Source of the DNA: Octopus bimaculoides
Lineage: Eukaryota
Reading direction: 5' to 3'
DNA length: 43,756 nt
NCBI RefSeq assembly: GCF_001194135.2
Contig: NC_068990.1
Location: 9,110,739-9,154,494 of the forward strand
The notes under the pieces: generated by a model
What the model was told of the DNA's origin: nothing
The model's input: only the letters and a program-made list of their open reading frames with translations
Database searches by the model: none
Shown here: positions 33,761 to 43,756 of the stretch, piece by piece
Layout of the letters: every line of letters begins with the position of its first letter
Position numbering within the stretch: position 1 is the first letter of the stretch
Made by a program: the position numbers and the translations under genes

Positions 33761-33826
33761 GAAATGGAATCCGTTATGAAAGATTTTGAGTGGCACTGGA
33801 GTGAAGGCACATTTATCGGATGGCCT
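33761..33826 (+). CDS. SF3A3: SF3A3 coding exon 9 (EMESVMKDFEWHWSEGTFIGWP)
   Basis: TTTCAG acceptor, GTAAGT donor, 66 nt; matches W..GTF.GWP. Confidence 0.92.
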
Positions 33827-34549
33827 GTAAGTTGCTTCTAATTTGCCTTCTTGGTTTTTTAATGTTTTTTTTTTTTTTGTGAAATTTTCCGTTTTCATTT
33901 GTAACAGTCTCTCACTCTATCTTGCTTCTATTTTCATTAATGCTTATTTAATATATATTCATTTCAATGTTTTCATTTCAAGTTTTAATTTGCTATTTGC
34001 AAAATCCTTAGTTTATTCTGTATTCATAATGTAAAAAAATTACTTATTGAATGAAAGAATGCTATTAGACAAAATATAACTGTATAGCTTTGAGGCTTCC
34101 ATGATAGTATACCAGTATAATATTTAAAAAAGAAATTAAGAAGTGATTTTGTCGGTATGGCTGTTTGGAATGCTATAAGCCTTATAATAACTATGTGATT
34201 GCTGTTATTTCTAGCACATTAAACGTGCTAGGATTACCTTGAAGTTTCTTTACAGATATATTACAACTATGATAAATTACTGAAAGAAATATTTACTAAG
34301 CAAGTGAGATTTTTTTATAAATTGAAGTTCTCAGGAAAATTTTACTTTTTGAACATCTTTTCATTATTGAATATTTCAAGTTCACAAATTTAAATATTCA
34401 GTTCAATATAGTTTGGCATTCTTTCCTTTGCACCCACACACTTTGTTAATTTCTGTAAAAAAATTTTTATTTATTTACTTTTTGCACACCATGTTCAGTT
34501 CTGTGTATTTCTAGTCAGTCACACATGCACATGTGTTTTTGTATGTACA

Positions 34550-34954
34550 TTTACTCTTTTACTTGTTTCAGTCATTTGACTGCGGCCATGCTGGAGCACC
34601 GCCTTTAGTCGAGCAAATCAACCCTGGGACTTATTCTTTGTAAGCCCAGTACTTATTCTATCGGTCTCTTTTTGCCGAACCGCTAATTGACGGGGACATA
34701 AACACACCAGCATCGGTTGTCAAGCAATGCTAGGGGGACAAACACAGACACACAAACAAACACACACATATATATATATATACATATATACGACGGGCTT
34801 CTTTCAGTTTCCGTCTACCAAATCCACTCACAAGGCTTTGGTCGGCCCGAGGCTATAGTAGAAGACACTTGCCCAAGGTGCCACGCAATGGGACTGAACC
34901 CGGAACCATGTGGTTGGTAAGCAAGCTACTTACCACACAGCCACTCCTGCGCCT
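34550..34954 (-). mobile_element. tRNA-derived SINE, family A, young full-length copy
   Basis: CpGs are retained; near reverse complement of 43560-43756. Confidence 0.9.
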
Positions 34955-35229
34955 ATACATTTGTGTATGTTTGTGTGTGTGTGTGTGTGTGTGTAAGAAG
35001 GGGTGTGTTGTCATGTATAGGTACGTACATAAATACATATGCATACATCTTTTTGGCATGTATGCATGTGTGTGTATGAGACTGCAAAAGAGAGAGTGAT
35101 GTCTAAGTGGCACTCACTTACACACACACACGCCCCTTTCATATACACATACATACGTCTTTCACTTTTAAACAAAAGTAAATAAATAAACATTTTTTAC
35201 GGAAATTAATGAACAAAGCCAGCTGTTTA

Positions 35230-35444
35230 TTTTGGCATTTCTGAGGGTTCAACATTTTGAGGGTTCAATATTTTGGCATTTCTGAGGGTTCAACATTTTG
35301 AGGGTTCAATATTTTGGCATTTCTGAGGGTNNNNNNNNNNTTGGCATTTCTGAGGGTTCAACATTTTGAGGGTTCAATATTTTGGCATTTCTGAGGGTTC
35401 AACATTTTGAGGGTTCAATATTTTGGCATTTCTGAGGGTTCAAC
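35230..35444. repeat. 41-bp minisatellite spanning a 10-N gap
   Basis: Unit TTTTGGCATTTCTGAGGGTTCAACATTTTGAGGGTTCAATA; the visible copies are identical. Confidence 0.95.
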
Positions 35445-35556
35445 CCAAAGAATGCCTATAGTTTTTAACGAGCTTTTTACTTATCCGATTTTTCCATTTC
35501 ATGTTTATTTCATTCATTGTTTTCAATGTTCTCTCTCCCCCTCACACACACACACA

Positions 35557-35673
35557 TGCTGTCTCTCTAATATAAACACATACACACAGTCTCTGTAATA
35601 TAAACACACACACACACAGTCTCTCTAATATAAGCTCACACACACTGTTTCTGTAATATAAACACACACACAC
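35557..35673. repeat. ~28-bp tandem repeat x4 (GTCTCT[C/G]TAATATAAAC(AC)n)
   Basis: Read directly from the sequence. Confidence 0.85.
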
Positions 35674-35795
35674 TCCAAGTTTGACTAGCAGAAAACTGCC
35701 TGGGGTAGGGGTGGTCTTTCTGCTAGTATGATTTTATGATAAAAAGTTAAACATGCCATCACCTACTGAACTTAATTTGATATATTTTTCTACAG

Positions 35796-35864
35796 AAAGA
35801 AACTACTGGTGCCTTGACCCATGCTGGTGCTCATTTAGACTTATCTGCATTCTCATCATGGGAG
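35796..35864 (+). CDS. SF3A3: SF3A3 coding exon 10 (KETTGALTHAGAHLDLSAFSSWE)
   Basis: CTACAG acceptor, GTGAGT donor, 69 nt; near-identical to the vertebrate sequence. Confidence 0.97.
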
Positions 35865-36126
35865 GTGAGTTGTGTTTTAAAATGTCGTTACATTAGTGTT
35901 TATGACCTTTCGTTCTATATGCAGTCTGCTTAATTTTACAAGTTGGACAAATCTGCATGCAGATTCCCAACTCACTCTATGATATATTGCATGAAAAACT
36001 AGTTATCGTGGATAGATCTGCAAGAATCAAACTAGTTTCTGCATCTCAGACTACAGTGCTGATGACACCCAACAACCGTTTATACTAAAGATCTAGGGTT
36101 TTTTTTTTTTTGTACTAAAATGTTGT

Positions 36127-36512
36127 GTGGAGGCGCAATGGCCCAGTGGTTAGGGCAGCGGACTCGCGGTCATAGGATCGCGGTTTCGATTCCAAGACCG
36201 GGCGTTGTGAGTGTTTATTGAGCGAAAACACCTAAAGCTCTATGAGGCTCCGGCAGGGGATGGTGGCGAACCCTGCTGTACTCTTCCACCACAACTTTCT
36301 CTCACTCTTACTTCCTATTTCTGTTGTACCTGTATTTCCAAGGGCCAGCCTTGTCACACTGTGTCACGCTGAATATCCCCGAGAACTACGTTAAGGGTAC
36401 ACGTGTCTGTGGAGTGCTCAGCCACTTGCACGTTACTTTCACGAGCAGGCTGTTCCGTTGATCGGATCAACTGGAACCCTCGACATCGTAAGCGACGGAG
36501 TGCCAACACACA
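36127..36512 (+). mobile_element. tRNA-derived SINE, family B, full length with TSD
   Basis: A box TGGCCCAGTGG, B box GTTTCGATTCC. 13-bp TSD ACTAAAATGTTGT (36114-36126) / ACTAAAATGATGT (36513-36525). Confidence 0.9.
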
Positions 36513-37275
36513 ACTAAAATGATGTAGCAGTTTGTCATAGTTTCTTCACCTAGATGCAGAAATCATTGTATTATGTCAGAAATAGGGACTTCATAGGCAT
36601 TCCACCTCCCGTAGAGTTTATGCCAGCTAACTAAGTAGACAGCTGGGGAAAAATTCTGTAGTATGTCAAATCGATGTTTGAGTTTCTCCCTAAAGAACAA
36701 GAAGAATCAATAAAGGTTAAATGTTTACTTATTTGGTTTGAGATAAGGTGGGAAAGATGTTTACAACATTCACTAAGTTACTCAAAGCATACATCTATGT
36801 GACCCATCTCCAACTTAAGTTAAATCCTGTGTTTAACAGGTTCCTATTTAACAGTAAGGTGGAAGGCCAGTAACCATAGAGTAGTTCATGACAAAATGTC
36901 TTTTGGTTATGGGTTGTCTGTATTTTGACCCAAAAGAAGTGCTTTGACATGGAATCATGTTTGGTACTAGCTCAACCAAAATCCAAGAAAATGTCAATAA
37001 TGAAAGAAATCACCTTTTGCTAGTTAAAACCATTTAGCTTGGTACAGTCATGAACACTTGTAGGAATAGCTTGAAAAGATGAACAAGCTGGAAATACTCA
37101 TATATTGGGTGAATATTGTGAACATACAAACTGAACTTACAATATGTGTACTAGTAACCAAATAAGATTATACACTGCTAGACTAGAGTTTTGTTGATGT
37201 TTTGACTACTGACAAACTTCCTAATACTTGTGGAGGCAAGTGAAATCGAAATCGAAATCGAACTAAATTCGACAA

Positions 37276-37716
37276 CTGGCACCTATGCCAACGTTGTCTC
37301 CTTCATTGGACACGAAACTCAGCTTGCGAAGACCTGTTGGGGCAAGCGAAATTGTGATGGCACCTGTGCCCAGCGTCGCCTTTCTGGCACTTGTGCCCGT
37401 GGCATGTATAAGGACTTTCGAGCGAGATCATTGCCAGTGCCCCTAGACTGGCTCCTGTGCAGGTGGCACGTAAAATACACCATTTTGAGCATGGCCGTTG
37501 CCAGTACCACCTGACTGGCCTTCGTGCCGGTGGCACGTAAAAGCACCCACTATACTCTCAGAGTGGTTGGCATTAGGAAGGGCATCCAGCTGTAGAAACT
37601 CTGCCAAATCAGATTGGAGCCTGGTGTAGCCATCCGGTTTCACCAGTCCTCAGTCAAATAGTCCAACCCATGCTAGCATGGAAAGCGGACGTTAAACGAT
37701 GATGATGATGATGATG
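37276..37716 (+). mobile_element. Repeat family C, long young copy
   Basis: Internal units start at 37399, 37463 and 37530; (GAT)n tail; preceded by (GAAATC)3. Confidence 0.85.
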
Positions 37717-39250
37717 GAGCCACTTCTTTGTAATAACCAGCTGGAAACATGCAAAGAAGGCTTTTTGTTTAGCCTGAGGATAAGACTTGCAAAAGGAGCT
37801 GGAAATGTGATTGTGATGAGGGAAAATGTTATTCTGGAAAGTCAGATCAAATTTATCAAATTTCAAATTTATATATATTGACAACAGGGACAATAACTTA
37901 TCAATTATCATCTCAGTGTTATAAGTCAAATCTTGTACATGATCATCACTAAGCATTTATAAATCTTGGTTCAAACTAAACACTGGTGAAAGTATATATT
38001 TGATACAGAGTTTCATGCTAATATATATATGTTCCTAATAGCTTCATATAAATCACTTTGAATATATGTTCCAGTGAGGTCATTGAATGAATTATCAGGT
38101 CGTGTAAGTTCTCCTTTCCAAATCCATGGAAGTCAGATACAGAAACTAGAAACTTGTTGCTTACATTTCACATTGGTGTAACATGCCTTAATGTTTGCTA
38201 TACTATACCAGTCACATACAGGTGTATGTACTGTTTATGTACACTTAGATGCTACTTCTGACACACATCCACCATTTGAAGTATCCAAGACTGTAGCTAC
38301 TAGTGGTGTAACACTTTATCACTAAAGGAAATATTCCCATTTGGTAGATTAATTCAGAGGTTATGGTTACCTCTGGAGATTTGTATAAGGTAATTCAACT
38401 CGTTCAAAACGAAATACATAGTGATATTTTACCTAGTGTTGTTGCACATTTTTTAAAGTAAGAAATAGTCAGATTATTGGACCATTAAACTAAATGAAAC
38501 CTCCAGTTATCTATCACATTCAACACATCCATTATGAAAAGTGTTACTCCTTTTTTCATTTAGTCTTTCAACTAAAATCTTTGCTGAATGAATTTCAGCA
38601 TAAGCCTTGAGAATGTTGCCATAATTGTTAAAGATATTGATTGCATACAGTAAAAGTTGGAGTGAACCTATTAATAACCAGAAAATTGCTCATTGATGAG
38701 AAATTCAATGTATGCCAGTCTGGAGGTAAATACTTGACATACATTGTTAGTTGAAGGTAATAAACTAGATACTAGTGCCATTAAAATTCTTCAGAAAACT
38801 CTACATGTCCAACTTTTTTCCAAATGTAACTGACTTTACTAAATCAAAGAAACAACCACTTTCCTCACAGTCATATTTTGATATGAAAGCTAAATATATT
38901 GTCAAAGTTATATACATTGTTTGTAGATTACGAAAGTTAATCTTATCTGACTTTGACCCATCTAAAGACATTGCTCTGCAAATATATGTTTACAATTATG
39001 GTCATGGAACTATTCTGTTATAGAATGGTAGACTTGTATCTTGCATATCAATTCAATTCTTTTGAAATAAATTACACTAAGATTGGGAAAAATCTGATGT
39101 TAGGCTATAGGTAATTCACTTAGTACATATATGAATAAGTGGTACTTGTTTAGCCAGACCATTAGTATCTGCAGTTCCTTATGTGTTGCATTAGCATTTG
39201 ATTTTGTGGTTGTTGAAGTACAACACAATTTGAAATTTGTTCATTTACCA

Positions 39251-39565
39251 AGGAAGTAGTTGTGTGGTAGGGCAAGTATCTTCCATTATAGCTCTGGGTC
39301 AACCAAAGCCGTGAGTGGATTCGGTAGATGTAGACTGCCTGGAAGCCCATAGTATATATGTATATTTATGTGTGTGTGTGTCGTGTTTGTTCTCCACCAC
39401 CTCTTGACAACTGTTGTTGGTTCGATTATATCTCCATTAATTAGCAGTTTGGCAAAAAGGATGTCCCACCTTTGCTAGCGTGGAAGGCGGATGTTAAACA
39501 ATGATGATGAAACCAACAGAATAAGCACCAGGTTCAAAACTAAAAACTGAAACAAGTAAAAGATC
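39251..39565 (+). mobile_element. SINE family A, diverged, carrying a ~45-nt family C tail insertion
   Basis: A-type body interrupted by TGCTAGCGTGGAAGGCGGATGTTAAACAATGATGATG at about 39465-39510. Confidence 0.65.
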
Positions 39566-39950
39566 ATCATCATCATGCATTGTATATCTGCATTGGATTG
39601 ATAACACTACAACGGAAGTCTTCCCGATTAAGCATGAGTTCTCCAAGCTGCCTTACCACTCTTGTTCATTCATTGCATTCCTTGCTTGCCTCTTGATCTA
39701 CTACCCTCTTCTCTTCCTTCCATGGTAATATTTTCCAGACCTCTGCTTCTTTGAATATGGCCATAATAAAGGTGCTTTTGTTTTTTCACAATGTTCAGGA
39801 GTTGTCATCTTCCATCTACTTGTAAAAGATAAAATACAGAGCCTGTAGTACAAGACAATCATATCAATAGTTATTTGCCTGTTTGGATATTTGCCATATC
39901 TGAATTGAGTTGGCAATCAGTACAGGAGAACTGAAATTTTTATTGATGTG
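39563..39950 (-). mobile_element. RTE-clade LINE 3' end
   Basis: GHIQRSRGLENITMEGREEGSRSRGK followed by a (TGA)n tail. Confidence 0.65.
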
Positions 39951-42810
39951 CCATCATGTGGTGAATGGTCCCAAATGAAAAGTTAAACAATTGCTTATTC
40001 ACTGTGACCTTAGAAAAGGACATGTTAAAAGGACTTTATGCAGGACATGTTGATGTTGAAAGTACACTTAAATATGCATGTTATATCATATTCTTTCTGG
40101 ACTTGGCATTAAGCTTAGTTTTGAAAGTAATTTGGTAAACTTTAAGCAATCTTCGCATTTTTATAAAATTCCTTCAGTTTCATGTTTAGTGTTTACTTCC
40201 AATCTATCTTGGGATAACAAAGACTTTAGCCTTCTTATTATAGTTGTTTATACTCAGAATATTACAATAATCATAATGTAAAGACCAATATGTGACCTCT
40301 CTGAAAGACCTATTTGCTAGCCCCAGGTTAGACTTGATTGAACATATTTATTTTTGAGTTCCAACCATGCTTATTCCATCTTTTATTAAGCATAGTTTAT
40401 CTTGGACCATATTTTCCAATGTATCCTGCCTTTTTCAAAAAGGGTAGAATATGGTTTGAGGAGATTCGGTTGCTATTTCTTCTAATTTGAGCAACCATAT
40501 AAAAGCTCATAAATTTACTATTTTTGCCATCACAATTTCCAGTGTTTGAAGATTCCACTCCTAAATTCACCTGGCTGATGAAAATCATAAGTCTAACTAT
40601 CAGTATCTCAATGTGGTCAGTGATCCGTGGCCACTTAGTAGTGATAGACTTTATATTAACTGCTGTAACCCATCTGTTGAAGTCTCTTATATGATTCAGT
40701 CAGAGATCAGTAGCTGCTCAACCACTACACATGTAATATATACTGCAATGGATCAGCTCACAATTGCAGTCTTCTAACACTATTCAATCGGAGATCAGTT
40801 ATAGTAATTAAAACCTTGTCTTGAAATCACTGTTATATTTCCTTTACTGTAGAAACTCTTGGTGGATCTGTGTACAGGAGAAATATGAAAAATGAAAAAT
40901 GAAGCTCCTTAGCCCTGTAGAGTGTGCCCCAAGCAAGAGAAGACTACTGAATCTCGACCATGAAAGCTTGTTCTCTTTCCTAGTCTAAATTTCCTATATA
41001 TCATTAAGCAACCATATGTTATTAGATCTTTTTGTTGTAACATTACAAACAATTCAATCAATGTTGTTACATTTAATAGAATGTTAATGTATTTTTGACT
41101 GTGAGTGACTGAATATCATTTATAATAATATACACTAATAGGAAATGGAAATTGTTCTTTCATTAGTATAGAAACTTATAAAAAGAAATATTTTAATAAT
41201 AATACAATTTTTAACAATGCTGAGCCCCATTAATTTCCCTAGGTTCTGGAGTATGGTTATTGTGGGTCAGTGTAGCATGTCACAATTGGAATGTAGTTTA
41301 TTGAAGAAATTTTTCTCTTTCCAAAAGAAAGGTAATGGCACTAAATACTGTGTTATATTGGAATTATTTCCCTTGGATTATTATTGGAACATGCATGTTA
41401 TTCCATTAGATTCTTGCCTCATGTAATGTGTCTTTCCTAAATCTTTGTGCTACGTTGGTGCCAATATTTCTGTAAGTCACAGCCAAATAACATTACAAAT
41501 CTCCCCGTATTATTTTAATATTTCTTTTGTTAAGTTTTTGATAACTGGGATGTTTATATTAGAAACGAAATTCATTAAAAAGTATTGGCATTTTATTAAG
41601 TTATTAAAGTCCTTTCATTGGCTGTAGTGGTTATTTGATTCAGTGGCCATTTCTTGTAACTGTAGTGTAAAATAGATGAAAAATATTTATACGTTCTTGG
41701 ATGTCAGCCTATTGCATACGAACTTCTTGGAGATTGATTTGAATATCAGTGTTACAAGCTAATGACCCACTCATCAGTACTGCTTTCAGCAGTACATGAT
41801 GCACATCTGTGGTACTTCCTTCCAGCTCGGTGGATTATACTGTCCAAAGTCATTTCTTTGCTCATGGATACATCTTAATGCTGGTGACAACTTGTAATCT
41901 GTAGGCAACTTAGATGATTGTCTGGTACCCTATTAACTTTGCTGTCCTCATCTTGTCTTGAGAGTAAGATATTTTAAACAGAAACTTAGCTGTAATTGTT
42001 GACGCTATTAGCACCTTGTAAAATTGTGCTTCTAGTTTTGAAGTATACTGGAACATATGTAGAAATACTGATCATTAAGGAACCACTGATTTTGGCATAT
42101 TATTTTCACCTCTTTTTAATCTAAGTTATACAAAGTACATTTCCATTCATAACATTCATATTTAACAGGCAGTTTGTATAAATATAGATTATTTGAAACA
42201 TTTGTCAGAGGAATGTTATTAACTGACAGTGAAAGATCTGAAGATATAAACACAAGATGATCAATATTTGTTTAGATATGCTGTGTCAAACAGAGACACA
42301 AATTGAATTTGCATAATTGATGATGTATTGAAAAATTAAATGGCCTGGCAATTACAGTAGAGAATAGAAAGAGTTTGGAGGAAAGTGATTATGGTGGTAT
42401 AAAATCCATACATATGAAACCTCTTCCATTTTAATGTCTGAGGGTTGGAGACCCTGGCTAAAGCCATGATATACAGAAGCAGACTTATGGCTGAAACTAG
42501 TGAGGTTGATCTGCAAGAGACACCCATACAAGTTGAACTCTGCTCTGCAGGTTAGTGCTGTTGAGTGCCAAGCAGTTTAGCTGTAAGCAATAGTTACAGG
42601 GGTTTAGCTATTTATCTGTTACTCGAGATATCCATAGTTATTGATGATATAGCCTAACTTTTGTAAGTTGACATGATATTGATATTTCTGAATTGTATTT
42701 CTTCAGTAAGTGACTTAAATACATCAATATGCAATACACATGGGGAAAAGAAAGAGAGGAATTGAATCTGAAAGTGATTATAGACAGGTTCAAATTTTAG
42801 CAAAATTAAT

Positions 42811-43107
42811 CATGTAGAGAAAATGTCTTTTGCCAGTGCCCCTGGACTGGTTTGTGCGGGTAGCACATAAAAGACACCATTTCGAGCGTGGCCGTTGCCA
42901 GTATCGCCTGACTGGCCTTCGTGCAGGTGACACGTAAAAGCACCTACTACACTCTCTGAGTGGTTGGCGTTAGGAAGGGCATCCAGCTGTAGAAACTCTG
43001 CCAAATTTAGATTGGAGCCTGGTGTTGCCATCCGGTTTCACCAGTCCTCAGTCAAGCCGTCCAACCCATGCTAGCATGGAAAGCGGATGTTAAACGATGA
43101 TGATGAT
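42811..43107 (+). mobile_element. Repeat family C, young copy
   Basis: High identity to the 37276-37716 copy; (GAT)n tail. Confidence 0.85.
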
Positions 43108-43435
43108 ATTAAACTGGTAATGCTGAAAGTAAAGAAGAAAAGAAACAAATAAGAGAAGTGAAATGAAAAGGAAAGGAAAGAAAAAGCAAGATAATAGAAA
43201 AGAAATGAAATTTCTAAAAGCTCATCAGCGACTGATTTTCAGTAGATACATTGGAATTGTGTCAGTGAGCAAGTGGTACAAATGTCATGAAACGTTTGGA
43301 CACTTTATAATATACTGTACTATTAGGAAATATATGGAAAGTGATTATAACAGTTTTTCCATGTTCTTGACTTGGTAAAAATGAGGCTTCCACCCTGTGT
43401 CTGTTTGTGATTGATAACTTGTTTTATTGTTGCAG

Positions 43436-43503
43436 GAATTAGCTTCTCTTGGTTTGGATCGATTGAAGTCAGCTTTGATGGCCCTTGGTCTCAAGTGTGG
43501 TGG
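43436..43503 (+). CDS. SF3A3: SF3A3 coding exon 11 (ELASLGLDRLKSALMALGLKCGG; SAP-like domain); gene continues beyond the window
   Basis: TTGCAG acceptor, GTGAGT donor, 68 nt. Confidence 0.97.
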
Positions 43504-43559
43504 GTGAGTATTTTTTTTTTGTTTTTTATCTATTTCATTAAAATTCTTTCAACATTTAT

Positions 43560-43756
43560 AGGCACGGGAGTGGTTGTGTGGTAAGTAGCTTACTTACCAA
43601 CCACATGGTTCTAGGTTCAGTCCCACTGCGTGGCACCTTGGGGCAAGTGTCTTCTACTATAGCCTCGGGCCGACCAAAGCATTTTGAGTGGATTTGGTAG
43701 ACGGAAACTGAAAGAAGCCAGTCGTATATATGTATATATATATGTATGTGTGTGTA
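43560..43756 (+). mobile_element. SINE family A 5' half (runs off the window)
   Basis: GGCACGGGAGTGGTTGTGTGGTAAG...GACGGAAACTGAAAGAAGCC. Confidence 0.85.

Noticed and set aside
35230-35444. Repeat-spacer-like pattern resembling a CRISPR array
   Set aside because: The intervening segments are identical and alternate, the context is a eukaryotic intron, and there are no cas genes. It is a minisatellite.
43205-43235. Minus-strand CTGATGA...GAAA as another hammerhead (also CTGATGA at about 10455, 21648, 31383, 41772)
   Set aside because: No stem I/III pairing or NUH triplet in the right place.

Overview
AT-rich, repeat-dense eukaryotic genomic DNA. It is most likely from an octopod cephalopod; this is inferred from the SINE families and the (TA)/(CA)/(GAT) microsatellite load, not from a search. 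The one real protein-coding gene is SF3A3 (splicing factor 3A subunit 3, SF3a60/PRP9) on the + strand. I reconstructed 11 coding exons by hand between 7180 and 43503 (827 nt, about 276 aa, all GT-AG introns, reading frame continuous); the gene continues past the window end. A canonical tRNA-Trp(CCA) gene lies head-to-head 558 bp upstream. The rest is transposon debris: a Chapaev3-type DDE transposase pseudogene, a foldback MITE with inverted telomeric repeats at its centre, hAT- and piggyBac-like MITEs, a mariner-type fragment, RTE, Tx1/L1 and CR1/L2 LINE remnants, a Penelope-like GIY-YIG fragment, and many tRNA-SINE and RTE-tail repeats. The most interesting signal is a set of minimal type I hammerhead-ribozyme-like motifs from three unrelated sequence families inside SF3A3 introns (12809, 15010/16112, 29048-29160). 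Two of them occur as head-to-head inverted pairs, and each individual copy is decayed. Three assembly gaps are present. Almost all ORFs in the supplied track are non-coding noise or TE fragments.
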